64,000 nucleotides of DNA. Origin: an uncultured Bdellovibrionales bacterium (lineage in GTDB: Bacteria; Patescibacteriota; Minisyncoccia; Moranbacterales; UBA1568). Each line of letters begins with the position of its first letter. The first letter of the stretch is position 1. Below, piece after piece: positions 37,386 to 46,544 of the stretch. The stretch lies in contig CAZQWS010000005.1 of assembly GCA_964597355.1 (NCBI GenBank), forward strand, positions 903-64,902. The letters run 5' to 3'. The translations under genes were made by a program, and so were the position numbers. A model generated the notes under the pieces. That model searched no databases and was not told the origin of the DNA. It was given only the letters and a program-made list of their open reading frames with translations.

Positions 37386-37432
37386 TACCAGAGCGCAGAG
37401 GCATTTTGGCGAGAGTCTTCTTCGCTCTGGTA
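37386..37432 (+). other. leader hairpin taccagagcg...cgctctggta (10-bp stem) homologous to target-1 leader
   Basis: Shares 'ccagagcg.agag...ttttgg...cttcttc.ctctgg' with 12344-12428. Confidence 0.5.
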
Positions 37433-37493
37433 AACCGCGATTCACCGAGTTCTGGAGCAGTGCTTCTTATGAAGCGTTCAACAAGGAGATCTC

Positions 37494-37931
37494 ATGATGA
37501 ATGATATCGTGTGTGTCCGCGAACGGAGCACTTGGCTCGAGATTGATTGGTTGGAGGAAATCCCTCCTTTCAAGATTTTCGGGTTTGCTATTTGGCCAGG
37601 GAGTAGCAAAAAGCGGGTCACTCGGACAGTCCGGCTCTATCCAAGGAATTTCGGACTCGACCCGCGGACGGCGACCCGCGAGCAAGTCATAGCCTGTGCC
37701 GAAAAAGAAGGCTATGAGTATTGTCCCACGAAGGTGGTGGAAGTTATCCGCAGCGCTGCCCTGGTGCAGCGGCGGGGATACCTGGTGTTTCCGTTGAGCG
37801 ATGGGACGCAGATCGTTCTCTTTGCTAATGGTAGTGGCGCCCAACTCTTCCTCGATGAGGATCTCACACCAACGACGATTGAGAATTCTCATGGTTGGTC
37901 GATCGTAATGGCTATCCCGGACAACGACTAA
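37494..37931 (+). CDS. hypothetical protein, 145 aa, GC-rich (~55%)
   Basis: ATG with AAGGAG SD; shares promoter/leader module with DGR target 1; no recognisable domain. Confidence 0.55.
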   Translation: MMNDIVCVRERSTWLEIDWLEEIPPFKIFGFAIWPGSSKKRVTRTVRLYPRNFGLDPRTATREQVIACAEKEGYEYCPTKVVEVIRSAALVQRRGYLVFPLSDGTQIVLFANGSGAQLFLDEDLTPTTIENSHGWSIVMAIPDND

Positions 37932-37969
37932 TGAGTAAGTCGATAGTCCCCGAACCAAAAGTTTAAACT

Positions 37970-38005
37970 CCCGTGTGTAGCAATCGCTACACACGGGATC
38001 ATTTT
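37970..38005. terminator. bidirectional terminator hairpin cccgtgtgtagc-aatc-gctacacacggg + TTTTTG
   Basis: 12-bp perfect stem between convergent genes. Confidence 0.7.
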
Positions 38006-38018
38006 TGAAAAAGGTTTC

Positions 38019-40388
38019 TTAGGGCAATTGAAAGGAGAAAGTACCGCTGGGGCGAGCGATGAGGAGTTCGTTGTTTCTGGTTACGTTGATAGTCCTTGCA
38101 TCACTGAGCGAATTATGAAAGTACTGGGCGATGAGGGTGCCGGTAGAAGACCAGCGTACAATCCGTTTTTCTTTGGGATCGAGAGCATAGACATCACCAT
38201 TTTTTGGATCGATGGTAAGAGCTTTGGTTTCGAGGGGTGTTTGGGTTCCGGCGAACGCAGCTTCAGTTTTACGACCGCTGCTATAGAGGGCTGGGTGACC
38301 GTCTGGGAGTACGATAGCTACATTTTCAAAGATGGACAAGGGTGAAATGGGGTGGATAGTGAGCGTTTCTTTGGACCATCGTGTGGGAGCGCCAAAACCT
38401 CCTTCGACTCGAGGGAAACGATAGAGAGTGCCAGCTTTGCGATCGAGTACATAGAGATAGGTGAGATAGGTTCCAAGAGCATCAATCTGAGTATTGCCCG
38501 GAAGAGGGAGAGTATTTTGCTCAAACTTTTTGTTAGCGACGGTAAAAATATACAGTGTTCCGGATTGACCGAGGAGGAACAGTGCATCGAGGTCATCCAT
38601 GGCAGTAGCTAAACGAATAGGTTCAGGTAGAGCAGTAGACTCGCTAGTTTTTAGGTTAACGATACGCTCGCTACGGATATCGAAAGGAGTATTATTGATA
38701 AGACTGAGTGCGATAGGTTCGCCATTGAAAGAAGAGATCACACGGCTTTCACTGAGACGGACTGCGAGTGGTTCATTTTCTGATGTAATTGATGAAGGTG
38801 TGAGAGGCGCAACAGTATCGGATAGCGAAGGAACTACTACTGCTGGTTGCTCCCAGACGGGAGAGCGGTTGAGGTAGAACCATGTTCCGAGGCCAATGGT
38901 GACAAGAACTACGCCACTACCAGCCATGATCTGCCGGGTGCGTTTGCTTTGATCTTGCCAGAATATGAGACTGCGTTGCCAGGCGGCTTGGATATATCGG
39001 AGAGTACTATGGTTCACTTGAATGAGTACCTGCTTAGTTTGACCTATCCAGGCAACGAACGTATCGAAGGGAAAAGAGATCGATGGTTTTGGTAGTCGGG
39101 GCAGGGTAACTTTTTTCCAATTGTCTTTTAGGTTTTCTTTGAGAGAAAAGGAAGGGAGTGACGAAGCAGAAGTAGTTGTAGTAGCTTCGGTTGGAGGGAC
39201 TGGAAGAGTGATTGCTGATGATTTTCTAGTCTCACGAATTTTGCGTATATGGCGGAGGGAGGAACGGATGCGGCGCAGTCCCTTGCGTCCGGAACTAGCC
39301 ATCTGGTCTTCAACACCGCTTATGAAAAAAGCAATGTTTTTGCGACTTCGGCGACCAAAACGACGAAGCTTTTCGCGACTAAGTTGCCATGATTGTGAAA
39401 GTGAGTGAGACCAAAGAGTCAGTCGAGTTTTCCATGGCTCCTCCTCTTGTTCAGCTTCTTCTTCTCCATGGACATAAATATGGCCAGTTTTTTTGTCGAT
39501 GTATTCTTGCTGGTGTTCTTTTGGGGGGGTAGTCGGTGGGGGGGATGTAAAAGCCTTGAGGCGGGATGATCGAGCTTTTTCAAATGTCTGGCCACTCCAT
39601 ACATTGAGAAGTTTAGTGGCTTCTGTTTCTTCTCCCAAAGCCTCCTTTGTCTGTTTGGGAGTTGGGGTGGTTATCGGGGCAGCTGAGACGTTGATTACCA
39701 CGGCTCCAGCGATGGGGAGCTCGTTTATGAGGGCAGTATGGAGAAACTGTTCAAAGCCTTTCTGACCAAGCCGGGCTAAATTTTTCTTAAGGTCTTCTGG
39801 GGTAAAGAGAGTCCAGACGGCAGGGGAGAGAGCGAGGAGTACGTCGCTTTCAATGAGCTTACCACTCGAGACCTCGGTGAAGGTTTTGAGAGGGTGGGGT
39901 TCAGTTGAGACTTCCGCCAATCCATCACTAATAGGCCGCAAGGTCTGCTCGCGAACGAGAGCCAGTACCCCATCGCCAGTTGCCGAGAAATGAACGGTGT
40001 TATCAGCAATAGCGCCCAAGATTCCATGCAGGTGTCCAAGCCACGAAACATTGCCTTCCTTGGCAATTTCAGCGAGAGCAACATTGACTTTGTGGAGAGT
40101 GGTTTCGAAACTATCACTTACCTCTCTCCGCGGGTTGGTGAAGTATTCTTTTTTAGCGACGGAGGCAAGAAAGTTAACAATGTAGGCCGCGTCTTCGTCG
40201 TGTATCTCCACTTCAAAGAAGCCAAAAAGCGTACCAAGCGGTTTGCCAGCGACATTGTCACTTTTGTAGTGGAAAGCAATGATATAAGGTTCGGCATGCC
40301 GCCCTGACCCAACCGCAATAGCATTGAAAACACACTGAACGGAGGATGGCGATTTCCCTTCCTTCCGGCGTGAGACTCGTTCTTTCAT
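38019..40388 (-). CDS. hypothetical membrane protein, 789 aa (cytoplasmic N-terminal domain with weak PP2C-like features, single TM, large extracytoplasmic C-terminal domain)
   Basis: TM 'IMAGSGVVLVTIGLGTWFYL'; N-terminal 'IAVGSGRHAE...VHFSATGDGVL' faintly PPM-like; C-terminal beta-rich repeats. Confidence 0.5.
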   Translation of the reverse strand: MKERVSRRKEGKSPSSVQCVFNAIAVGSGRHAEPYIIAFHYKSDNVAGKPLGTLFGFFEVEIHDEDAAYIVNFLASVAKKEYFTNPRREVSDSFETTLHKVNVALAEIAKEGNVSWLGHLHGILGAIADNTVHFSATGDGVLALVREQTLRPISDGLAEVSTEPHPLKTFTEVSSGKLIESDVLLALSPAVWTLFTPEDLKKNLARLGQKGFEQFLHTALINELPIAGAVVINVSAAPITTPTPKQTKEALGEETEATKLLNVWSGQTFEKARSSRLKAFTSPPPTTPPKEHQQEYIDKKTGHIYVHGEEEAEQEEEPWKTRLTLWSHSLSQSWQLSREKLRRFGRRSRKNIAFFISGVEDQMASSGRKGLRRIRSSLRHIRKIRETRKSSAITLPVPPTEATTTTSASSLPSFSLKENLKDNWKKVTLPRLPKPSISFPFDTFVAWIGQTKQVLIQVNHSTLRYIQAAWQRSLIFWQDQSKRTRQIMAGSGVVLVTIGLGTWFYLNRSPVWEQPAVVVPSLSDTVAPLTPSSITSENEPLAVRLSESRVISSFNGEPIALSLINNTPFDIRSERIVNLKTSESTALPEPIRLATAMDDLDALFLLGQSGTLYIFTVANKKFEQNTLPLPGNTQIDALGTYLTYLYVLDRKAGTLYRFPRVEGGFGAPTRWSKETLTIHPISPLSIFENVAIVLPDGHPALYSSGRKTEAAFAGTQTPLETKALTIDPKNGDVYALDPKEKRIVRWSSTGTLIAQYFHNSLSDARTINVTRNNELLIARPSGTFSFQLP

Positions 40389-40491
40389 GGACGTTATTAT
40401 ACCATATTTCCTCTCTTTTTTATGGTTTTTACCCTTTAACCAAGCCTTGAACTGCTTGCTCTGGTTTTGGTTCTTTCAAAATGCCTTGGCT

Positions 40492-40525
40492 ATACCACTA
40501 CACCAATGCATTAGTGTAGTGGTAT
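40492..40525. promoter_or_regulatory. 34-bp near-perfect palindrome ATACCACTACAC-CAATGCATTA-GTGTAGTGGTAT overlapping a TATACT -10, upstream of the wHTH regulator gene
   Basis: 12-bp perfect arms read directly; 37 bp upstream of ATG 40563. Confidence 0.6.
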
Positions 40526-40562
40526 ACTGAGAGAGATTTATTGCTTTAATTACCCTACTGTT

Positions 40563-41168
40563 ATGTCTGTCGCTCTCTTTGAAGCACTGTTTGGATCGCG
40601 GGTTCGGGCGCGTCTCATTCGTTTTTTTGCCATGAACCCAGATGGTGAGTTTTTTGTGAATGATATTGCTGAGCGTACCTTGCTTTCTCGGACTGATGTG
40701 GCCCGTGAAGCGAAGAAATTGGCCAAGATGAAATTTATTCACGAGCGTTCGCGTCAGAATAAAAACTACTATGTGAGTAATACAGATTTTCCTTTTTACG
40801 TCGAGCTCAAGACACTGGTCTCAAAGCTTAATGTGAATGCCGAAGCACATGTGTTTCGTAAGCTCAAAACCGTCGGTGAAGTAAAACTTATTCTCATTAG
40901 CGGTCTTTTTTTGAATTATCCTAAGTCCAAAGTCGATATGATTTTGGTGGTGAATAATATCAATCGTGCTAAGTTACGTCAGGCCATCACGCATCTTGAA
41001 GCTGAGGTGGGCAAGGATGTCCGCTTTGTCTTAATGAATAGTGAAGAATTACAGTATCGTTTGAACATGTTAGACCGATTCCTGATGGAGTTTCTAGAGG
41101 GTCCGTACGAGGAAGTGGTCAATAAAGTAGCCGAACTGAAGCGTTTTATTGCCGGCATTCGAAAATAA
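40563..41168 (+). CDS. winged-helix transcriptional regulator-like protein (201 aa)
   Basis: N-terminal wHTH-like 'RARLIRFFAMNPDGEFFVNDIAERTLLSRTDVAREAKKLAKMKFI'. Confidence 0.5.
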   Translation: MSVALFEALFGSRVRARLIRFFAMNPDGEFFVNDIAERTLLSRTDVAREAKKLAKMKFIHERSRQNKNYYVSNTDFPFYVELKTLVSKLNVNAEAHVFRKLKTVGEVKLILISGLFLNYPKSKVDMILVVNNINRAKLRQAITHLEAEVGKDVRFVLMNSEELQYRLNMLDRFLMEFLEGPYEEVVNKVAELKRFIAGIRK

Positions 41169-41171
41169 TAT

Positions 41172-42266
41172 ATGAACGATGGGGTGTGGATTATTGTTGG
41201 AGTACTCGCCCTTGGTATCGGAGGGGTATTGTTTCTTTTGTGGCGGAATCGTTTTGAGACAGCTCAGTCCCAGGGGAAAGAGTTTGAGGAGCGCCTCCGT
41301 CTCGTAGATCAGGGGATGCGACAGGAAATGCTGCAGTTTTCCCAATCCCTCTTCCAGGAATTTCATCATTTGCGGGATAGTCTCGACAAGCGGCTTCATG
41401 ACAATACGGAGCGTCTCGACAAACGTCTTGAGAATGCTGGGCGCTCATATGTTGATGTGCAGAAACAACTGGTCGAGGTGACCAAGATGAACCAAGCTAT
41501 TCTCGATGTGACCAAGGATGTGGCTTCGCTTCAAGATATTTTGAGGGCACCAAAGATTCGAGGTGGATTTGGTGAGCTTATGCTCAATGATTTGCTTTCC
41601 CAGATGCTCGCGCCAGATCACTTCAAAATTCAGCACACCTTCAAGAGCGGTGAAACGGTAGATGCTTTGATCATTCTTCATGGGGGGAACATTAGTGTTG
41701 ACTCTAAGTTTCCTCTTGAGAACTTTAAACGTTTGTTAGCCTTACCAGATGGGTCAGGGCGGCAAAGCGCTCGGCGGCAGTTTCTTTCGGACGTGAAGAA
41801 GCATGTGGATGCTATTGCCACCAAATATATCGTTCCGAGTGAAGGGACGATCGATCTTGCGCTAATGTATATTCCTGCCGAAAACGTTTATTATGAGACG
41901 ATTATTAAAGAAGATGGGGATAGCGGTCTGTATGAGTACTTCAACCAGAAACATGTGGTGCCTGTTTCACCTAATTCTTTTTACGCGTACCTCAAGACCG
42001 TGATGTATGGCCTTCAGGGGATGAGGATAGAAAAGCGGGCCAAGGAAATGTTTGTCGAGCTTGAGCGTCTTGGCCGCGAGTTCGGGAAGTTTGAAGCTGA
42101 TTTTGATGTGCTGGGCAAACATATTGGTAATACCGGCAAGAAATACGAAGAGGTAGAGAAGCGATTACTGCGTTTAGGAGAGCAGTTTGAACGGACGCGG
42201 CTTACGGATGAAAGAGAATCTGCGCTACTTGAGAAAGTGCCTACACCTACGGATAAGCTTTTATGA
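41172..42266 (+). CDS. rmuC: DNA recombination protein RmuC
   Basis: N-terminal TM, long coiled-coil, C-terminal RmuC nuclease-like domain 'GGFGELMLNDLLSQMLAPDHFKIQHTF'. Confidence 0.65.
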   Translation: MNDGVWIIVGVLALGIGGVLFLLWRNRFETAQSQGKEFEERLRLVDQGMRQEMLQFSQSLFQEFHHLRDSLDKRLHDNTERLDKRLENAGRSYVDVQKQLVEVTKMNQAILDVTKDVASLQDILRAPKIRGGFGELMLNDLLSQMLAPDHFKIQHTFKSGETVDALIILHGGNISVDSKFPLENFKRLLALPDGSGRQSARRQFLSDVKKHVDAIATKYIVPSEGTIDLALMYIPAENVYYETIIKEDGDSGLYEYFNQKHVVPVSPNSFYAYLKTVMYGLQGMRIEKRAKEMFVELERLGREFGKFEADFDVLGKHIGNTGKKYEEVEKRLLRLGEQFERTRLTDERESALLEKVPTPTDKLL

Positions 42267-42637
42267 TTGCTCAATTTTTCTTATCACAAACAGAAAAGCC
42301 ATTGCTTATTCGCCATGCTTGGCCGATAGTGTGGTTGCTCGTTTTGACGCTTCATGTAATTGCTTTTGGAATTTTGTTTTGGTCGGTACGTTCGACAGAA
42401 GATCTCATTATTTTACGATATAATGCCTATCTTGGTATCGATCTCTTGGGGGTATGGTGGCAGGTGTATCTTATGCCGGCCATCACGTTCTTGTTTGTAC
42501 TTATCAATCTTGGGATGGCCAAGCTGCTTATAGTACGGGGATATCCAAATGTGGCTGCACTCTTTCTTATCGGGAGCATCTTGCTTGCTGGATCAGTGGT
42601 AGTGGTAGCTGGCACGCTCTCGTTTATCAATATCTGA
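42263..42637 (+). CDS. hypothetical small membrane protein (124 aa)
   Basis: 3-4 predicted TM helices; ATGA-type overlaps at both ends. Confidence 0.45.
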   Translation: MIAQFFLSQTEKPLLIRHAWPIVWLLVLTLHVIAFGILFWSVRSTEDLIILRYNAYLGIDLLGVWWQVYLMPAITFLFVLINLGMAKLLIVRGYPNVAALFLIGSILLAGSVVVVAGTLSFINI

Positions 42638-43683
42638 TGTTGAACTACTTTTCTTTTGCGTTTGATACAGCATGGATATTCTTGGTGGCTTTTGGGACGA
42701 CGCTGGGACTGCTTTTTTCTTTGTGTCACTGGACGCCTTTCAAGTCGATACTTAGGCGTTCTGAAAAAGGTCGTGAGAGTGCTGCGCCTCGCTATTTTCG
42801 TCTGGGGGGATTAGCCCTTGCCGGGGGATTCCTCGCTACTCTTTTTTTTGACCAGCGATTAGTGTTTGATGTTTCACTTCAAATCCTGCTTACAGGAGGT
42901 GGGTTGGCGTTTCTCTTTGGTCTGGTCGATGATTTTTGGCCGCTGCCATGGTTTTTTCAATTGAGTAGCCAAGTATTTCTCGGGGCCATCCTTTTTTTCG
43001 CTGGCATGACGATTGAAAGTATCCATCTGGGTGGAGGCCGAGTGATAGAATTTACAACGTTGCCTGGGGCAGTACTAGGTATCACCGTTGCCTGGACAGT
43101 GCTGGTGATGAATGCTGTTAATTGGGTCGATGGAGTAGACGGGTTGATGGCCGGAGTGCTTAGTATTGCTTTTGTCACACTCTTTACTCTGAGTTTACGA
43201 CCTGAGGTGAACCAGCCGACGTTAGCCTTGCTTGCCACGATGTTGCTTGGGTCACTTATAGCCTTCCTTTTTTTAAACTGGTTTCCAGCTAAGATCTTGG
43301 CTGGAACTGGTGGCGCAGCCTTTCTTGGTTTTATGCTTGCGGCACTCTCAGTATATGCGGGAACCAAGGTAGCCACCGCTCTTTTGGTATTGGTGGTACC
43401 TATTCTTGATACCTTTTCAGTGATTGTGGGGCGATTACTGCAGCGGCGTTCTCCTTTTCTTCCTGACAAACACCATCTCCACCACCATCTTCTTGAGCTG
43501 GGTTGGTTGCCAAGCCAAGTAGCAAGTGCTTATATGTTGGTGACAAGTTTGATGGCCTTCCTCGCCCTTTCTACGAGGTTGCTGGAAAAACTTGGAGTGT
43601 TTGTCGCGGTAGCTTTTCTCTTCTTCGGAACAGCTGTTTGGGTAGAGCGATGTCTCAATTCAAAGCAGGGATCGTGTGAGTGA
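42637..43683 (+). CDS. polyprenyl-phosphate N-acetylhexosamine-1-phosphate transferase, MraY/WecA (GT4 PNPT) family
   Basis: 'FGLVDDF', 'NAVNWVDGVDGL', 'DKHHLHHHL' PNPT signatures; ~10 TM helices. ATG 42637 preferred over the track's upstream start. Confidence 0.75.
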   Translation: MLNYFSFAFDTAWIFLVAFGTTLGLLFSLCHWTPFKSILRRSEKGRESAAPRYFRLGGLALAGGFLATLFFDQRLVFDVSLQILLTGGGLAFLFGLVDDFWPLPWFFQLSSQVFLGAILFFAGMTIESIHLGGGRVIEFTTLPGAVLGITVAWTVLVMNAVNWVDGVDGLMAGVLSIAFVTLFTLSLRPEVNQPTLALLATMLLGSLIAFLFLNWFPAKILAGTGGAAFLGFMLAALSVYAGTKVATALLVLVVPILDTFSVIVGRLLQRRSPFLPDKHHLHHHLLELGWLPSQVASAYMLVTSLMAFLALSTRLLEKLGVFVAVAFLFFGTAVWVERCLNSKQGSCE

Positions 43684-43708
43684 GTAAAGGTCTTTCTTTA
43701 GAGAGTAT

Positions 43709-44161
43709 ATGTTTTCTACTTCCCGTCCAAAACAAAAGATTGTTATCCTGCTTATTGTTGTGAGCTTTATTGGCATAGGGTGGTTTGCGCTGGTGGCTTC
43801 GCCAGATGAAACTGTCTATCAACGTGTTGAGATTGGAGGAAAAGGTTGGCGTGTCATTGGAGTGGCTGATACGCCGGAGACCCGGGCGCGAGGGCTTTCT
43901 CACCGGGAAACACTTGAGCCGCAAGCGGGACTCCTTTTTGCTTTTCCAAAACCAGGTAAACCCTCTTTTTGGATGAAGGATATGCGTTTTCCTATCGATA
44001 TCATTTTTATCCGTGAAGGGGTAGTCGATTCAGTAGCACTAGATCAAACGCCTGGGGATCTCACGCTTGTCCGCCCCAAAGGGCCGGTGACGCATGTTTT
44101 TGAGGTGAACGCTGGTGAGGCTGAAGGGGTTTATCCAGGGGAAGGCGTTCGTTTACGGTGA
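43709..44161 (+). CDS. DUF192 domain protein (COG1430)
   Basis: N-terminal TM plus 'LLFAFPKPGKPSFWMKDMRFPIDIIFI' DUF192 core. Confidence 0.65.
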   Translation: MFSTSRPKQKIVILLIVVSFIGIGWFALVASPDETVYQRVEIGGKGWRVIGVADTPETRARGLSHRETLEPQAGLLFAFPKPGKPSFWMKDMRFPIDIIFIREGVVDSVALDQTPGDLTLVRPKGPVTHVFEVNAGEAEGVYPGEGVRLR

Positions 44162-44264
44162 TGGTTCTTTTTCAAAAAAGTGGTCTAGAGCCAAACTAAA
44201 AACCCCGATTTCGGGGTTTTTAGAGCAATTGCGATCAAAGGTACTAGAGAAAAGAAACAGAAAT

Positions 44265-44861
44265 TTACGAACGATAGACACTGACACGGTCTGCATACTT
44301 CTGAAGATTCTTGAGCTGACTGTCGGTGAGGGTCTTAGACTGGTCGATAGCCTGACGAATCAGGTCTTTCGAGAATTCGAGTGACTGGCCAGCTGCGAGC
44401 TGTTTGTTGCCAGAAACCTGCTTGCGGAGGTAGTCTTCGATGTACACCTTGTGAGCACCGGTAAGCGATGAATCAGGAGTCTTCTCGAGGTAGTGCATGA
44501 GGGCGCTACGAGCGAGATGGGTAGATCCGTCACCACGAACAGCGGTTTCTACAAAAGCAGTCGTGGTCTCTTGGCTTACTTCAGCGGGACGAGTAGGGGC
44601 AGAAGGAGTTTCTGTAGCATCGGTCTCAGTATCGAGAGCGGTGTCATCAGTCATTTCATCGCTTACTTCATCGGTGATAGCGGTGTCAGTAGTGTCTTGC
44701 ACAGTATCTTCAGAACGCTGTGAGTAAGAGTAAATGCCGAGAGCGATCGCTGCAACAATGAAGATGCTGACGATAACTCGCAAATTCTCTTGTACCCAGG
44801 TTTTAGCCTGGTCTCCGAGGCGTTCCTGTCCATCCATGTTATTTTCTTCCATAGTGGTCAC
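44265..44861 (-). CDS. hypothetical membrane-anchored acidic Thr/Asp-rich protein
   Basis: TM 'VIVSIFIVAAIALGIYSY', strong SD GGAGAGGTGA upstream of ATG. Confidence 0.5.
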   Translation of the reverse strand: MTTMEENNMDGQERLGDQAKTWVQENLRVIVSIFIVAAIALGIYSYSQRSEDTVQDTTDTAITDEVSDEMTDDTALDTETDATETPSAPTRPAEVSQETTTAFVETAVRGDGSTHLARSALMHYLEKTPDSSLTGAHKVYIEDYLRKQVSGNKQLAAGQSLEFSKDLIRQAIDQSKTLTDSQLKNLQKYADRVSVYRS

Positions 44862-45354
44862 CTCTCTTCCTAGTTTATTGATTTAAATGTGAACGTACTG
44901 CTTGCGTTGAAGCCAGAATCGGGAGAGTACCCCCTATCTTTTGGTCCGGGGAACTCTTTCGACCCCCTTCGTTACCCATACTAGAAGGGAAAAAGAAGGG
45001 TGTCAATCTCGACAAAATCCTTTAAATGAGCCGTAATTTTGAGTTTTTATCCCTAGGGTGTTTCTTGAAGGTGGTAATGGAAAGATTTGGTAAGTAGGGT
45101 TTAATGAAGACAGTCAAAGAGGAAATATATGTTTGTCCAGTGGATGAAGCTCAATTGTTTGTTATAACAAAAAAGATCATAGATCCTTTGAGATACAAAA
45201 GTGAACAGCGTTTTTCTTGTGCAGAATTCTTTCGTAGCGGATAGTAATTTATTTTTTTTCACTAAACTATTGTTATAAAGTATGAGTGTGAGGTAGATCT
45301 TTCATATAAATGTAAAGTTTACTTTGAATGAGTGTTGACAAAACTTTTATTTGC

Positions 45355-45383
45355 TTTGCATTTTAAAAAAAGAGTGTATAATA
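45355..45383 (+). promoter_or_regulatory. promoter (-35 TTTGCA, 17 nt, extended -10 TGTATAAT) for the lysine-rich micro-ORF transcript
   Basis: Read directly; followed by a ~130-nt leader with three consecutive hairpins (gtgtgaag/cttcacac, acaaaac/gttttgt, ctctgta/tacagag). Confidence 0.45.
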
Positions 45384-45515
45384 AAAATACGTGTGAAGAA
45401 CTTCACACAAAACAAGATACAAAACAAAACTTTGTTTTGTAGTTAAATAGAAAAACAAATCGCGCTCTGTAAACATACAGAGGCGAAAACAAAAACTGGG
45501 AGGAGGTGACCTATT

Positions 45516-45584
45516 ATGGCAAAAAAGAAAAAGGCAGCAAAGAAGAAAGGCACCAAGAAGAAGGCTACTAAGAAGCGCCGATAG
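45516..45584 (+). CDS. 22-aa lysine-rich peptide MAKKKKAAKKKGTKKKATKKRR
   Basis: Very strong SD GGGAGGAGGTGA 8 nt upstream, immediately followed by a 9-bp-stem terminator (45611-45646); below the ORF-track length cutoff. Confidence 0.45.
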   Translation: MAKKKKAAKKKGTKKKATKKRR

Positions 45585-45610
45585 TTCTGGTGATTCTGTC
45601 TTCAGAAAGT

Positions 45611-45646
45611 AAAAGCTCTAGCGTAATGCCAGAGCTTTTACTTTTG
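45611..45646. terminator. terminator hairpin aaaagctct-agcgtaatgcc-agagctttt + ACTTTTG (serves convergent micro-ORF and prmC)
   Basis: 9-bp perfect stem read directly. Confidence 0.65.
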
Positions 45647-45663
45647 TAGAGCTTAGCTATGTT

Positions 45664-46533
45664 TTAGAAAGTACCTTGCACCATGCGACTTCGCCCTGTA
45701 AGGTCGGGGATAATAGTATGGGATTTTACCCCAAATGAGGGGAGTATCTTTTCGAGAATGGATACCTGTTCGGGGCTTATTTCAAGCAAAAAAGTAACTC
45801 TTTGCTCTTGGCTGAACTTTTTGAGCTGCGTGAGGAGTTTCCGGTAGTGGTCGAGTCCATCCATGCCACTCACGAGTGCCGTTTTTGGCTCAAAGCTTTG
45901 TACGGTTGGCTCGGTGTTCTGATACAGTTCTTCTGAGAGATAGGGGAGGTTGGCGAGGACAGTAATTTCATCGAATGTTTGTAAGTTTTGTTGAATCTGA
46001 TTGAGGAGATTGGACTGCGCGAAAGTAATGCTTTTCTCAACATCATGGCGTCTTGCATTTTCTTTGGCGGTTTCAAGTGCTTCGGGAGAGATATCGATGG
46101 CAAAAAGTTGAGTAGTTGGCAGTGAGTAGTTGGCAGTGAGTAAACTTTTCATTAATGAAATAATAATACAGCCACTACCGGTACCGACATCAATCACTGC
46201 AACTTTTTTATGCACATTCGTTTTTTGCTTCCCTTGGAGTATCTTTAATCCTGCTTCAACGAGCAGTTCTGTTTCTGGTCGAGGAATAAGGGTGAACTGA
46301 TTAATGTTGAATGATAAACCAAAGAATTCTTTCTCGCCCAAAATATACGCGAGAGGTTCATGAGTCTCTCTTCGCTGTATTAATTTTTGAAATCGTTTGA
46401 ATTTTTCTTCCTCTATAGGTTGTTCAGGGTGAGCCAAGACAAAAGAACGGTCCTTTCCAAGGACCATTCCAATAATGAGTTCGCGATCGAGTGGATCAAT
46501 GGTGCCTAAATGAAGAACATCACGGATAAGCAT
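45664..46533 (-). CDS. prmC: release factor glutamine N5-methyltransferase PrmC/HemK
   Basis: SAM motif 'VIDVGTGSGCIIISL', substrate motif 'NLPYLS' (NPPY variant); directly downstream of prfA. Confidence 0.8.
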   Translation of the reverse strand: MLIRDVLHLGTIDPLDRELIIGMVLGKDRSFVLAHPEQPIEEEKFKRFQKLIQRRETHEPLAYILGEKEFFGLSFNINQFTLIPRPETELLVEAGLKILQGKQKTNVHKKVAVIDVGTGSGCIIISLMKSLLTANYSLPTTQLFAIDISPEALETAKENARRHDVEKSITFAQSNLLNQIQQNLQTFDEITVLANLPYLSEELYQNTEPTVQSFEPKTALVSGMDGLDHYRKLLTQLKKFSQEQRVTFLLEISPEQVSILEKILPSFGVKSHTIIPDLTGRSRMVQGTF

Positions 46534-46544
46534 AGTTTTACCTG

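Noticed and set aside
38019-40388. Calling the 789-aa membrane protein a PP2C phosphatase
   Set aside because: Only a faint resemblance to the PPM motifs is seen (GSGRHAE, SATGDG). The metal-binding Asp pattern could not be confirmed by eye, so it is left as hypothetical.
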